This document shows positions 53,264-64,000 of a DNA stretch of 64,000 bases, piece by piece; positions within the stretch are counted from its first letter, which is position 1, and each line of letters begins with the position of its first letter. Under the pieces are notes generated by a model. That model ran no database searches. It was not told the origin of the DNA and was given only the letters and a program-made list of their open reading frames with translations. The stretch comes from Opitutales bacterium. GTDB lineage: Bacteria; Verrucomicrobiota; Verrucomicrobiia; Opitutales; PNEW01. A program made the translations under genes and the position numbers. The DNA lies in the NCBI GenBank assembly GCA_965197745.1, contig CBDANS010000005.1, positions 1 to 64,000 of the forward strand, in the 5' to 3' direction.

Positions 53264-55965
53264 TTAAGTGGATGATCCGAGCAGCCCTCTTGTCATTTGA
53301 AAATCGGTATTCCCATGCGAAAATAAAGTTGGAGTGAATTCTCTCGAGGCAACAGCAATGATAAGGTTCAGCAGAGCCTCCGCATTGCGCGTATGATTAT
53401 TATCGAATGTTAAATGGACATCTTCTGCAAACTGAGCATGAATTTCCTTTTTATCAGTAACTTGAATCACGGGAATCATGGGGTGCCCTTGCATAGGATG
53501 TTCTCCGATGCAAGCGACAATAATTTCAACACCGGTGCCACCCAAACCGGTTAAAGATTCCACCCAGTGATTCGTCGGGCATTCGAGAAGGTGAAAACCC
53601 GGGTTCTCAACTTTTTGCCCATAGGCGAGGGAAGGATTCAGCGGTTGATCGCTCAGAATCATTTCACGAAACGTATCATTTTTAATGAATGCAGCATTTT
53701 CAGGTACGACTACTGTGGATCCTGCTCCGACGAGATTTTGAATTAAATTGGCGACGCCCATTGCGGAATTTTCAGATACGGGACCCGAACTGAGAAATCC
53801 TATGCTCAATGCGTCCAGTCCGACCTGCTCATAAGCGAGTGAATTGTCAGATGATATTTTCGAGGTAAACCAGTCCTCCACTTTCTTTAATACATTTTCC
53901 ATACCGCCATCTAGTTGAATACTGGCCCAACCAAAATTATCACTGTCGAGATTGCGTTGATGGAGTGAGTGACGCATAAAATCGTTATGTGTTTTCTCGC
54001 ATCCATGTTCGAGTAAAAGTCCGAATTTAACGAAAGGGTGGGTGAGATAGCCAATCAGTGTTCTTTTGTAGAGGTTAATCGCAGATTCACCACCTAAACC
54101 ACAACCCTCGGTGTGGACGAGCGAGACAAATCGCGATAATCCTTTGTCGAAGCCAAACTGTTTTTTTGTTAACTGCACAGCGGCAATTTTGGCAATTTGC
54201 CCGGCGCAAAGACTGGTGGGGAGAATAAGACCAATATTATCGATGGTAAATCCATCTCCAGAGCGAATGCCGTTAAAATATGAGGGTGCCATTTTATCAT
54301 TTGTCCTGATGGGAATCGGCTTACCATCGGGTGAAGGACGATGAAGCAGTTGATCAAGATTACTTCCGTCCACTTGTTGCCAGTTTCTCCAGAAAGAAAC
54401 CTGGGAGTGTCCGGCTAATTCCCCTTTACTCAATCTTCCCGAGGCAATCTCCACGGTATAATTCAACATTTGACGTCCCAGTTCATCCATTGAGCTACCG
54501 TCCAGATAAGCTCCGGCATTTACATCCATTTCGTGTGACAAAAGTTCATAACGTTTGGTCGTGGTAATGATTTTTATGGTTGGGACAAATGGAAAATTAG
54601 TAATCGAACCATTGCCGGTGACGAAAAATATCATGTTGCAGCCCGAGGCGACTTGACCTGCGACACTTTCGAGATCATTGCCCGGGCTGTTCATAAAGTA
54701 ATAACCCGGAGCGTTCATCCTCTCACTGTAGTCTATAACTTCATCTAAACGGACATCCGGATGCAGTTTATTAGCGGCACCGATAGATTTTAGGTAAATA
54801 TTATAGAGCCCTCTCAACTTATTGCCTCCGGTGGTATTATCCTCTACCGAATTCCCGTGCCAGGAAGAGAATTCTTTGTATTTCTCAAGCATTTCAAGAA
54901 AACGTCGCGCGATTACCATGTCCTTTACATTTTTCAGGACATAGGATTCTGCTCCGATCAATTCCGGTGTTTCCGCCAGTTGAGCTGATCCTCCATATTG
55001 AATGATTTCACGCGCGACCCAGGCGGCGAGGGGGTTACCGGAGATTCCTGAAAAGGCGTCCGACCCTCCGCACTGAAGAGCAATTTTTAAATGTTCTGCC
55101 GATTCCTCGGTACGGGTAGTATCATTTACCTGGGGTAACCATGCCCGGATTATCGCTTCACCATTATCCAGGTTTTTCTGGAAGCTTCCCTTAATCGTTA
55201 AAAATTCATGGGCACTTCATGGAAAGGATAATTTTCTGATACCATATACTTTTCAAGCATCTGATTAGTGAGTGATTCAGTGCCGTAGTCGACAGCAAGG
55301 ACAGCGCCGACATTAGGGTGGACAATGAGACCCGCCAGGGTACGCAATAGAAGGTCGAGATTATTAGGGCGTGAAGGGGTGCCCCCTTCGGTGTGAGCGA
55401 CAGCGACTATCCTATCGATATTCTTAAACTTATCGGATAAACCATGCAAACGGTCAGCTAACTGTCGGGCATAGCTCGCAGAACGTGATGTCGTTCCCAG
55501 GATTACAATGTTGTTTCTTGTGCCTACACCTCTAGCATGAGATCGTCGGTAACCATGGAAAGTGAGTGATTGAGTGTGACGACTTATCTGAATGCCAGGT
55601 TTAAATTGGCTTTCGCTAAGAACGTAAGGAGCATCTTCATCCTTAAAATTGGGTTTCTCAGGAAGTTTTATACCGAGGTTTCTTATTTCAAGTTCTACAA
55701 GGATCTTTGCGTTACACACGTAATCGCCGGGGGCAAGATCCCTGGCCGCAATTCCAAAAGAGAGACCCCATGAAAGTAATGGCTCTCCCACGGCAATCTT
55801 TTCTACCGCAAAACGATGGCCGAGAAGAACAGAATATTCGAGGGAAAACGACTCACCCTTATGGGTAATTATGGATCCAGCTTCCAGATTTCTGGTAGCA
55901 ATCGCTACATTGTCTCCCGGCGATGGAAGCCGGGCTATTTTATGGAATTCAATTGATTGAGACAT
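53264..55965 (-). pseudogene. UxaA-family (altronate/galactarate dehydratase) protein with SAF domain, single frameshift near 55210
   Basis: DNVAIA, GVGTRN, QCGGSDAFSG, FVTGNG; one extra C gives continuous EVPHEFLTIKG. Confidence 0.85.
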
Positions 55966-56042
55966 GGGGAAGAAGAAATAATTAATCTATTTATTTAATA
56001 TATCCAATAGTGATCAATATAAGAAGCGATGTTTTTCCTGAA

Positions 56043-56071
56043 TTGACGCATCAGAAAGTATGCGGCATAAA
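56043..56071 (+). promoter_or_regulatory. Putative sigma70 promoter of tRNA-Val(CAC)
   Basis: TTGACG-17 bp-CATAAA. Confidence 0.4.
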
Positions 56072-56087
56072 TACCGTCCCATATTAT

Positions 56088-56164
56088 GGGGGATTAGCTC
56101 AGTTGGTTAGAGCGCTTGCTTCACACGCAAGAAGTCGGCAGTTCGAGTCTGCCATCTCCCACCA
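56088..56164 (+). tRNA. tRNA-Val (anticodon CAC)
   Basis: Cloverleaf; CTTGC-TTCACAC-GCAAG anticodon arm, GTTCGAGT T-loop, CCA. Confidence 0.96.
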
Positions 56165-56300
56165 GCCTTCGCCCCGTGGGCTACGGCTGGCAGGCCAGCT
56201 ATCAGTAATCGAGACTCAATAGAGCTTCAAACGTTCTATTGCCTGGGCGAAGGCTGCGCGCTGTAGTCCCGCGACTGCGGGACGGAGGCGGGCATTTCGT
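56163..56300 (+). repeat. tRNA-3'-associated palindromic element (copy A)
   Basis: Same layout as copy D; starts at the CA of the tRNA CCA. Confidence 0.92.
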
Positions 56301-56353
56301 GTAAAAATGGAGGGAAAATTTCATCTATGTTAGTTTTCAATATTCATCAACGC

Positions 56354-56483
56354 GCCCGTTGGGCTACGGCTGGCAAGCCAGCAATCAGCAGACGAACTCC
56401 ATTAAATATTCGATCGCTCCATTGCCTGGGCGAAGGCTGCGCGCTGTAGTCCCGTGACTGCGGGACGGAGGCGGGCATTTCGT
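56354..56483 (+). repeat. Palindromic element (copy B)
   Basis: GGGCTACGGCTGGCAAGCCAGC...ATTGCCTGGGCGAAGGCTG...GGACGGAGGCGGGCATTTCGT. Confidence 0.9.
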
Positions 56484-56610
56484 TTACATCGTAGCTTTAA
56501 TTTATCGAATTAATGCCGATCGTACAATTAGATCTGATTGGCGTCATAAATGATCTAGGATATAACTTTAAAGGATTTAATTTTCTATCGCTTATACGAA
56601 AACGAGATAT

Positions 56611-56859
56611 TTGTCTGTGACTTACATCTACATAATCGAAAGCATATATAATCGAAAACAGCATTATGTTGGTCTTACTGATGACTTAAAATCCCGTTTA
56701 CGCGATCATAATTCGGGTAAGTCGTCACACACCGCACGATTCAAACCATGGCACCTAGTTTGCTACTTCGCGTTTGCGGAAGAAAAGACAGCAAGAGTCT
56801 TTGAAAAGTATTTAAAATCCGGATCCGGTAAGTCGTTCTTGAAACGTCATTTCATTTAA
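56611..56859 (+). CDS. Small stand-alone GIY-YIG nuclease
   Basis: YIYIIES...HYVGLT..L..RL..HNSG...KPW...FEKYLKSG. Confidence 0.9.
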   Translation: MSVTYIYIIESIYNRKQHYVGLTDDLKSRLRDHNSGKSSHTARFKPWHLVCYFAFAEEKTARVFEKYLKSGSGKSFLKRHFI

Positions 56860-56952
56860 CTTCGCCCCCCGCGGTGGCGGGACTGGCAGGCCAGCAAACA
56901 GCAATCGAATCGCCATAGAACTTCAGGCACTCTATTGCCTGGGCGAAGGCTG
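56860..56952 (+). repeat. Palindromic element (copy C, lacks the second hairpin)
   Basis: CTTCGCCC...GGGCGAAG directly after the nuclease stop codon. Confidence 0.88.
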
Positions 56953-57003
56953 GCAGGTCGGCTATCTAACTAGCTATTCTAAATTCCCCGAAGGTGAGGC
57001 AAC

Positions 57004-57886
57004 TTAAAGTTTTTCCGGCGGTTCTTCAATATCTTCTTCGGGATTGGCACTTGGCACAGACACTCCCTTGGATTCCAGTTCGGCCGCGAGTTGCTCTAAT
57101 TCTGTCTCTCTTTCCTGCAGGCCTTGCGCCTTATCGAACAGCGTGTTTTCACTCGCTTCGAGAAAATCTTCCCGCTCCTTTACCATCGCTTCCATTTCCT
57201 GCATCGACTGTTCCCGGGCATCCAATTCCTCTTTTAACTTTAACAATTCGGGTTCTATATCCTTCGACATCTGTATATCGCTTGAAGCCCCTTCCTCACT
57301 TTGTTGACCTTCTTTTGCTTTCTCTAATTCGTCTCTGAGCTATTCCAGTTCAGTTTCTTTTTCCTGCAAACTCTGTGATTTATCCAGCAAAGTGTTTTCA
57401 CTTGTTTCCAAAAATTCCTCTTTTTCCTTTAAAGCATTTTCGCGCTCATCAAATTCAGCCTGAAGCTGCTGCAATGCCTTTTCCGTTCCCTCTTCCATTT
57501 TCCCTTCTTCCTGCATGCTGCTTTGTTGTGATCCAAGGAGCTTTTCTCGTGCCGTTAAAAGGGCCTGGGATTCTCGTAAATTCATCTCGCGGGCCAAGAG
57601 CAAAGCTTCATTCTCTTTCAATGTTCTTTCGCCATCTTCGAGGGCTGCTTGAGATTCCTGTAATGACCGCTCACGTTCATCCAAATGGACTTCTTTTTCC
57701 TGTAAAGATTTCTCCCGTTCGTCTATTTCAGTACGGAATTTTTCTTCATGACTCTCTTTGGATTGCTTTGTTCTGGAGAGGATGGAATCTATGCTCATTC
57801 CCCCCTGACTCTGAACAGCTCCGGGACTTCCCGCTTCTCCGGGACTTACCGCTTCTCCGGGACGTCTGAGGCTCAATTGAGGGTAT
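57004..57886 (-). pseudogene. Acidic coiled-coil protein, IS-truncated at 5', in-frame TAG at 57340-57342
   Basis: Two FLE.SENTL.DK.Q.LQE.ETELE repeats in one frame; 18-bp SPGEA tandem repeat near 57820-57863. Confidence 0.7.
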
Positions 57887-59236
57887 TGATTGGACCCCGT
57901 TTTTCGTACCAATTATTAAGTGAGAGAGTTCCCGGGTATTAATGGTTTTAGGATTGATGTATATGAGAGATCTTGGCGAAGTGAGGGCGTAGCCCGAACG
58001 CGGCCAAGATCTGAAAGGAATGTGACAAACTCTTGTGGGCTTTTAAAGCCTAAACGACTGTGGGGATGATCATGGTTATAGGTCTGGCGCCATTGTTCGA
58101 TTACAACTTGTGCTTCAGCCACGCTGAGCAACACTTCACGGTTCAAACACTCATCGCGTAAGCGGTTGTGAAACGACTCGATGAAACCGTTTTGCCAGGG
58201 ACTGCCCGGATCGATATATATCGCCTTGATCTTTTTGTCGGACAACGACTGCTGCACTTGATGAGCAATGAATGGCTTCGCATGTCGTCGCTTCGCTCCT
58301 CGGAACACTGCCGTTGTCACTACGGATATAGCTGGGAGCTCCCTCCTTTTCAATGGCCTCGCTAAGCACAGAGAGGACATCCGATGAGGGGAGTTCACGA
58401 GCGACCCGGATATCCAGACATTCACGCGTATATGTCTTCGCTTCGCTTGAGTGTCGTCGCTTTCAGCTCCTCGGTACATCGATCAGAGTCATCATCTTTA
58501 ATGGACCGCCATGGTCTGTGCGATCATGGACAAAGTCCCAGGACCAAAGGTGATTGCGACCGGTTGCTTTAGTAGGCGACCCCGTAGAGACCCCTTGACG
58601 GTGTCTACGCTTTTTAGGTGGCTTTACCTGCAACCCTTCTGAACGTCGTACCGCCTGAACAAACTTCCTGTTTGTTGTCCAGCCTTCCTTTACGAGCAAG
58701 GCACGGATGCGCCGGTAACCGTAGCAGGGATGTTCCCAGGACAGGGTTATAATCCGCTCGGCCAACCGCTGAGCTTTCTTACTGGCCTGCTTGGGCTGGT
58801 AGCTGAAAGTTGACCAACTGAGGCTGAGGTAGGAACAAGCCCTTCGCAACGAGCACAGCCCTCTCTCAGCCGCATCTTTTACTACTCGCTTCTTCTGCTT
58901 GGGGCTCACCACTTTTTTGACAGCGTTTCCTCCATTACCTGATTCTTAAGCATTTGATCAGCGAGCATCTTCTTCAACTCGGTGTTTTCTTTTTCCAGCT
59001 CTTTAAATCGCTTCGCATCGGCTAGTTCCAAATTGCCATACTTTTTACCCCAGCGATAGAAGGTCTGTTCACTCACGTTGTTGCCTCGGCAGATTTCCTC
59101 TACCGTTTTTCCGGTATCGGCTTGCCGCAGTATTGCGATGATCTGTTCTGTTGTGTATCTTTTTCTTTTCATGAGGTTATCTGTTTATCCCGATAACCTC
59201 TCTCTGTTAATGATACCATTTTTGGGGGTCACTCCA
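57887..59236 (-). mobile_element. IS3-family element copy 2 (orfA 58906-59172; orfB disrupted by two micro-insertions)
   Basis: Closely related to 24764-26192, same ends, inverted orientation. Confidence 0.92.
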
Positions 59237-59329
59237 GGGGTGATCCTGTTAAAAGGACTTGCGCAAATCGTTTGCCAGCGTGTTCGTGAAGCAAATTCAA
59301 CCCTTTCAGAATTTCTGGAACCCATTTAA
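59237..59329 (+). pseudogene. 3' fragment of a cNMP-binding protein paralog
   Basis: VREANSTLSEFLEPI* versus VREANASLADFLEPI* in the next gene. Confidence 0.8.
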
Positions 59330-59462
59330 TCCTTTGTCGGTTACGGGATATTGTTAAGTTCTCATAGCATTGCCCGAATTTATCCTTATTCTTAATTCAG
59401 GGAGCTGCTATTAAGAGAGAGAATTTAATTGAACCCATTCTAAATTTTAATAGTATATAATC

Positions 59463-59927
59463 ATGTCTGATAAATTTTTAATTGATCGATTATCCAATGT
59501 CTCTTTTTTCTCAGAATTGAATAAAGAACAACTGGCTGTTGTCTCTGAGCATGTTGAGCTGATTAATCTCGCACCGGAAACCACGGTTTTTTCAGAGGGA
59601 GACATTGGCGATTCTCTATACTATATTATCAAAGGGTCGCTGGGCGTGGTAAAAGATTCTGATTGGGGTGAAGATGTAAAACTGGCCACTTTGTCTGAAG
59701 GTTATTCTTTCGGGGAAATGTCCCTTATCGACGATTTTCCACGCTCTGCCAGTGTTGTATCACAAACTGATGCGATTATTATAAAGTTAAAAAAGACTGA
59801 TTTTGATTATATCGTTGATAAGCATCTGGAGATTGGGTTGGTGATGCTAAAGAAAATATCCAAATTTCTTTGTCGTCATGTTCGAGAAGCCAATGCGTCT
59901 CTTGCCGATTTTCTGGAACCGATTTGA
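59463..59927 (+). CDS. Cyclic nucleotide-binding domain protein
   Basis: EGDIGDSLYYI, FGEMSL, PRSASV. Confidence 0.92.
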   Translation: MSDKFLIDRLSNVSFFSELNKEQLAVVSEHVELINLAPETTVFSEGDIGDSLYYIIKGSLGVVKDSDWGEDVKLATLSEGYSFGEMSLIDDFPRSASVVSQTDAIIIKLKKTDFDYIVDKHLEIGLVMLKKISKFLCRHVREANASLADFLEPI

Positions 59928-60009
59928 CTGAATTCTCTAAATAGAATTCAGGGTTCCAGCAGTCGATAGTTTCAATAATACCGGCGAAAACCGGAATTTT
60001 GAAATCAAT

Positions 60010-60876
60010 TTAACCGGTGATGCCAAATTCGCGCATCCGTTCTATCCAACTGGCACGGAGTTGTCTGTTTCCACTATTTAAAAACCATTCATTTCGATAA
60101 CCGGGCTTGGCATTTTTATCATCAGTGCGGTCTTTCATCATCTCTTGAGACCATTTAACCTGGCCTCGAATTTGCTCAATATGATCGGAGGATTTGGGGT
60201 AGTCATAATATACAACCTCCAGCATAGTCCGGCCCGCTTTCCCTCCACGGCTGGCATGCCAACAGCTGAGATTAAAAAGAACAACATCACCCGGTTCGCT
60301 TTCACATGCATGGCCCGGGAAATTTTCGATGTTATCGGGATTACTGATACCTGGCATTTTCTTCAGGTCTCCATAGTAAGGCTGCTTGTGGCTACGGGGA
60401 ATAATACGCAGCGCGCCGGAATCAGCGGTAAGGGTATCGGTATAGATCCCAAATTTGCTACCGAAACGGTGATTAGGATAAGGGTTAATGGGGGGCTGAT
60501 CGGGATGCCAGCGCGTATCTCCGACAAATAAACTGGCATGACATTGATGGCCAATGAGCTCCTCACCATAAAGCTGTTTTGCCATTCCGTAAAATCGTTC
60601 GTCTTCTGAAAGGTTAAAAAGAAAGGGGGAATAGGAATTGGAAAGTTGAATCGTCTGCAGATGTTCACTTGAAGGAAGTGATGGATCAAATTGGAGCTCT
60701 GAAAAAGTAACTTCCTTTGCCTTTTCAAGTTCCTCGTTGAGGGTCTTAAACTCATCTTCAGAGAATAGTTGTTTGAGAACAACAAATCCAAATAAATCAA
60801 GAAACTGAATTTCGTCACTGTTCAGGGATGCGCGTGGGCCCGTCTGCGGGGTGGGAAATATCGTTGGTTGTATCAT
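60010..60876 (-). CDS. Phytanoyl-CoA dioxygenase family protein
   Basis: WHPD, GALRIIPRSH, PGDV, WHAS. Confidence 0.85.
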   Translation of the reverse strand: MIQPTIFPTPQTGPRASLNSDEIQFLDLFGFVVLKQLFSEDEFKTLNEELEKAKEVTFSELQFDPSLPSSEHLQTIQLSNSYSPFLFNLSEDERFYGMAKQLYGEELIGHQCHASLFVGDTRWHPDQPPINPYPNHRFGSKFGIYTDTLTADSGALRIIPRSHKQPYYGDLKKMPGISNPDNIENFPGHACESEPGDVVLFNLSCWHASRGGKAGRTMLEVVYYDYPKSSDHIEQIRGQVKWSQEMMKDRTDDKNAKPGYRNEWFLNSGNRQLRASWIERMREFGITG

Positions 60877-60889
60877 TAATTAATATCCT

Positions 60890-61834
60890 TTAAACCGTTT
60901 TTAATTCTTCTTCCAGGGATCCACTTTCACAGTCATAGTAGCCAAACTCCCGCTTGTATTCCAGCCATTTTGCGCGCAGGGGGCTTTGAATGGGGTTCTT
61001 ATCATATTCCGATTTAGGCTCAGGTTCCTTTCCTTCTTTAGAATAATTTTTGCTCAGGACTTTACTATGCATGTAAGTTTCACGAAGTTCCTGGGCCTGA
61101 TCCTCGGTGCGTGGATAAGCATAGTATCCAGCGGCAATCATCGGTCTTCCGCTCTTGCCACCGAAACTGGCATGCCAGCAACTGTGGTTAAAAATCAGGA
61201 CATCCCCCGGCTCTGTGGCGCAGACAAATCCTGGAAGGTTGCGAACATTTTCTGCTTCGGTAATTCCCGGTATTTTTCGGAGCTCTCCATAAAAGGGTTG
61301 TCTATGACTTCTTGGAAGAACGCGAAGGGCTCCCGTGTCACTATCAACTTTTTCTAAATACAAGGCGAACTTACACCCAAAATTGTGATTTGAATACCGG
61401 CTGTATTCCATTGGCTTATCAATCACCGCCGTTTTATACCGACCATCGGGAACCCGGTCGGGGTGCCAACGCGTATCACCTACGTAGAGGCACCCTCCAC
61501 ATTGGTTTCCTATAACTTTACCGCTCAAGAGTTGCTCAGCTATTTTATAATAACGCGGGTCCTCAGATAATACTGATATAGTAGGCGTGGTTGAATCTGA
61601 GAACGATAGGCACTGGGCGCGTTCACTAGTAAGAAGATCTTTTTCAAAAGGTTTATCTTTAAATTCCAACTCTACAGCGTGGTCGAATTCACTTTTGATT
61701 GTCTTCATCTCATCCTGAGTAAAATGCTTTCTCAGGATGAGAAACCCGAAGGTATCATAATACTGAACTTCGCTTCGGGTTAAAGCTGTTCTCTCGCTGC
61801 CCTGCTCTGAGGAATCTGCTATTTTATGAATCAT
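60890..61834 (-). CDS. Phytanoyl-CoA dioxygenase family protein (tandem paralog)
   Basis: WHPD, GALRVLPRSH, PGDV, WHAS. Confidence 0.85.
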   Translation of the reverse strand: MIHKIADSSEQGSERTALTRSEVQYYDTFGFLILRKHFTQDEMKTIKSEFDHAVELEFKDKPFEKDLLTSERAQCLSFSDSTTPTISVLSEDPRYYKIAEQLLSGKVIGNQCGGCLYVGDTRWHPDRVPDGRYKTAVIDKPMEYSRYSNHNFGCKFALYLEKVDSDTGALRVLPRSHRQPFYGELRKIPGITEAENVRNLPGFVCATEPGDVLIFNHSCWHASFGGKSGRPMIAAGYYAYPRTEDQAQELRETYMHSKVLSKNYSKEGKEPEPKSEYDKNPIQSPLRAKWLEYKREFGYYDCESGSLEEELKTV

Positions 61835-62487
61835 AATATAAACAACTGCTAATATGTATAATGAAATGATGGACCTAATTAAATTATCAAATGCATAGTA
61901 GTCCTATTAATTTATATATTCAAACCAATTAGCACGTATCCTCAATTACATATAAGCAGGTTATACCTTCACCGCGCTCACCGAATATTATTAAATTCCG
62001 ATATCTCTTAGAGCCTTCTGAGATTAACATAATGGGTCATTTCTGTGGCTCGTGGTACTCATTACATAGTTTTATAAATATTTAATAGATATGCTCTTAT
62101 ATAAATATCATGACAGCACAGTGGATGCGGATAATTTTTTATTGCCATAAGCACTTAAGTCTTTGAGAGGAATGCCGTATAGCTATATAGACTGTCGAAT
62201 TATCCAATAGCTATTACATGAATCGCAAGGCGCCAGCGTCAATTGACGGAGAATCTGATATTGGGGCAGGTTTAAATTATTCATTGGAATCGTCTTCCGG
62301 AAATAAAATAAGCAATTACTACCCCTTTATCTTGATACGCCCGGGAAAAGTAGAATCAGGAATTGAGTTATCGGGGGATCCAGATTATCCCGACGCAACG
62401 GTAATTAATAAATTAGCACTGTATTTTACCGAAAAGTTATTTACCGAGGAGAGCGATCCTGTTTAGGGTGAAAAAAGACGCCTCTTT

Positions 62488-62982
62488 TTATTTTAAGGTG
62501 AGTAGAGTTTTTCCGCGGGTCAAGGTTCCTTCGCTGTGTATACGCGCGCGCAAACCGCCTTCACCTTTCAAGCTTAATTCAGCGCCGGGGGCAACGGCTT
62601 TATCCATCCAATAACAGGGAGCACATTCTTCACTGCCAGTAAAATTCACTCCCTGAATGCTGAACTCCTGCCCAATAAGGGTGTTTAAATTTATACCCTT
62701 TAAAATTAGATTTCGACGAAAGATACTGGAAGGAAGATCGGGTTTATCAAATTCATGGCGTATCCGTTCATATATCGCCCAGTTGAAAAAAGTGATTTGA
62801 CCCTTATAACTTTCACGAAAGTCGAAATAGCGGTCTCCTATCAGCCCTTTTTCGGCAACACAGTCTACACTTTCTACGGAATGAACTGGATTCTCATTTC
62901 TCTCCATACCATGTCGCCCCTTGAAGTCATGGTCTGGTGAAATATAAATAGCAATAATTTCGATGGGGATGTCTTCAGCCAT
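62488..62982 (-). CDS. MOSC domain protein
   Basis: GLIGDRY, FRRN, CAPC, GGLRARI. Confidence 0.9.
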   Translation of the reverse strand: MAEDIPIEIIAIYISPDHDFKGRHGMERNENPVHSVESVDCVAEKGLIGDRYFDFRESYKGQITFFNWAIYERIRHEFDKPDLPSSIFRRNLILKGINLNTLIGQEFSIQGVNFTGSEECAPCYWMDKAVAPGAELSLKGEGGLRARIHSEGTLTRGKTLLTLK

Positions 62983-63115
62983 TAGTGTGTATATATTAAT
63001 AAATATGAGAATTACAATGGCACTGTGAAATTGGGTCTGTGCTTATCGCGTATACTTTTCTACAGCTTACACTAGCTGACAAAGCCTTGAGCACTATCAT
63101 TTATTCTCGTTATGG

Positions 63116-63997
63116 TTAAGACCAGTGTTGGCTGATTTTTTTTCGCAAAAAAGCGGCACTCCGATGCATTTGATCCATTCCATCAACCCCATCTTCTATA
63201 CTGATCCACCCGTCGAATCCAGCATCGTGCAGCATTGAAAATATCTTATCATAGTCATTTAGCCCCTCACCAATTTCACCATGTCGCATACGACTGGCAT
63301 AACCTTCAACATTTTCTTCTTTGCGAAGGTCTTCCAATGTGCCTTCCGCGACATAACGGTCACTCGCATGCATGGTCACGACACGGTGTTTAACACGATC
63401 AAGCAGTTCCAAGGGATCTTCACCGGCGATGAGGGTATTGCTCGGGTCGTAATTGACCCCAAACTGAGGTGAGTCAATAAGATCGACGAGATCGCAAAAT
63501 ACATCGATATACTGGGCAAACTCAGGGTAGGTCCAGTAATTATCCTTATAATGATTTTCAAGAATAAGGGTAACACCGCGTTCTGAGGCATGCGGGATGC
63601 ATGCATTAACGGCGTCTGCCGTATAGCGCAATCCGTCTTCACGTGATACTTCGGGACGTCGTTGGCCGGAGAGAACGCGGCAGTAGGAGCCACCAAATTC
63701 AGCACACATATCAATCCAGCCTTTTTCCAGATTTATTTGTTTTTCTCTAAATGCTTTGTCGTGATGCGTGAAGTCGGGTGAGCAGCACATCATTGGAATC
63801 TCCAACGAATGGTCCTCAACCATTTTCCGGTAGTCGGCCCACTTTTTCGGATCCTTCAAGTCGATAATTCCTGTATAGAATTCCAATCCATCGACATCGA
63901 GTGTCGCTGCTAAATCGATCCATTCATTGAGCGACATTTTACCATTGATACACAACTCGTCCAAATACGCTTTGGGGAATGCTGCTAGTTTGGGCAT
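63116..63997 (-). CDS. Sugar phosphate isomerase/epimerase (xylose isomerase-like TIM barrel)
   Basis: LENH, NYDPSN, MHASD, ISIE. Confidence 0.9.
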   Translation of the reverse strand: MPKLAAFPKAYLDELCINGKMSLNEWIDLAATLDVDGLEFYTGIIDLKDPKKWADYRKMVEDHSLEIPMMCCSPDFTHHDKAFREKQINLEKGWIDMCAEFGGSYCRVLSGQRRPEVSREDGLRYTADAVNACIPHASERGVTLILENHYKDNYWTYPEFAQYIDVFCDLVDLIDSPQFGVNYDPSNTLIAGEDPLELLDRVKHRVVTMHASDRYVAEGTLEDLRKEENVEGYASRMRHGEIGEGLNDYDKIFSMLHDAGFDGWISIEDGVDGMDQMHRSAAFLRKKISQHWS

Positions 63998-64000
63998 ATT

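Noticed and set aside
56163..56963. CRISPR array (conserved flanks around a constant-length variable segment)
   Set aside because: The 42-nt variable segments are homologous to one another, units are irregularly spaced, and there are no cas genes
57340..57342. Programmed TAG readthrough or recoding
   Set aside because: The paralogous repeat has Gln at this position, so a CAG>TAG mutation in an IS-truncated gene is simpler
24764..59236. Inversion between the two inverted IS3 copies
   Set aside because: Flanks show no swapped target duplications and the truncated genes do not rejoin

Overview
Bacterial chromosomal window. The integrase style, the lgt N-terminus and the C-terminus of the large secreted protein suggest Verrucomicrobiota (Opitutales-like); this is an inference. 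1-6.5 kb is core: cytochrome c biogenesis, recN, an aldehyde dehydrogenase and tRNA-Val(GAC). A tyrosine integrase follows the tRNA, and the last 25 bp of the tRNA recur at 48139-48163, bounding a ~41.6-kb mosaic island. The island holds a gcvH-gcvT-CBS block with truncated MFS and lgt ends, a decaying defence cluster (type I RM, AlbA/Schlafen-domain, OLD-like, type IIG/ISP-like RM), several IS, a scrambled SRAP/dinB cassette, a modular secreted protease, and a satellite-like replication module with phased iterons, a dif-like site and triplicated non-coding repeats. 48-64 kb carries catabolic genes, tRNA-Val(CAC), a small GIY-YIG nuclease within palindromic repeats, and a second IS3 copy. The two most unusual signals are (i) a family of 24-43 bp T(A/T)CCG...GACA micro-insertions seen only inside IS3 elements, four of six sites replacing a single A in conserved transposase motifs, and (ii) a ~135-bp palindromic element abutting the CCA of both tRNA-Val 3' ends and flanking the GIY-YIG gene. 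Several abrupt junctions could be amplification or assembly artefacts.
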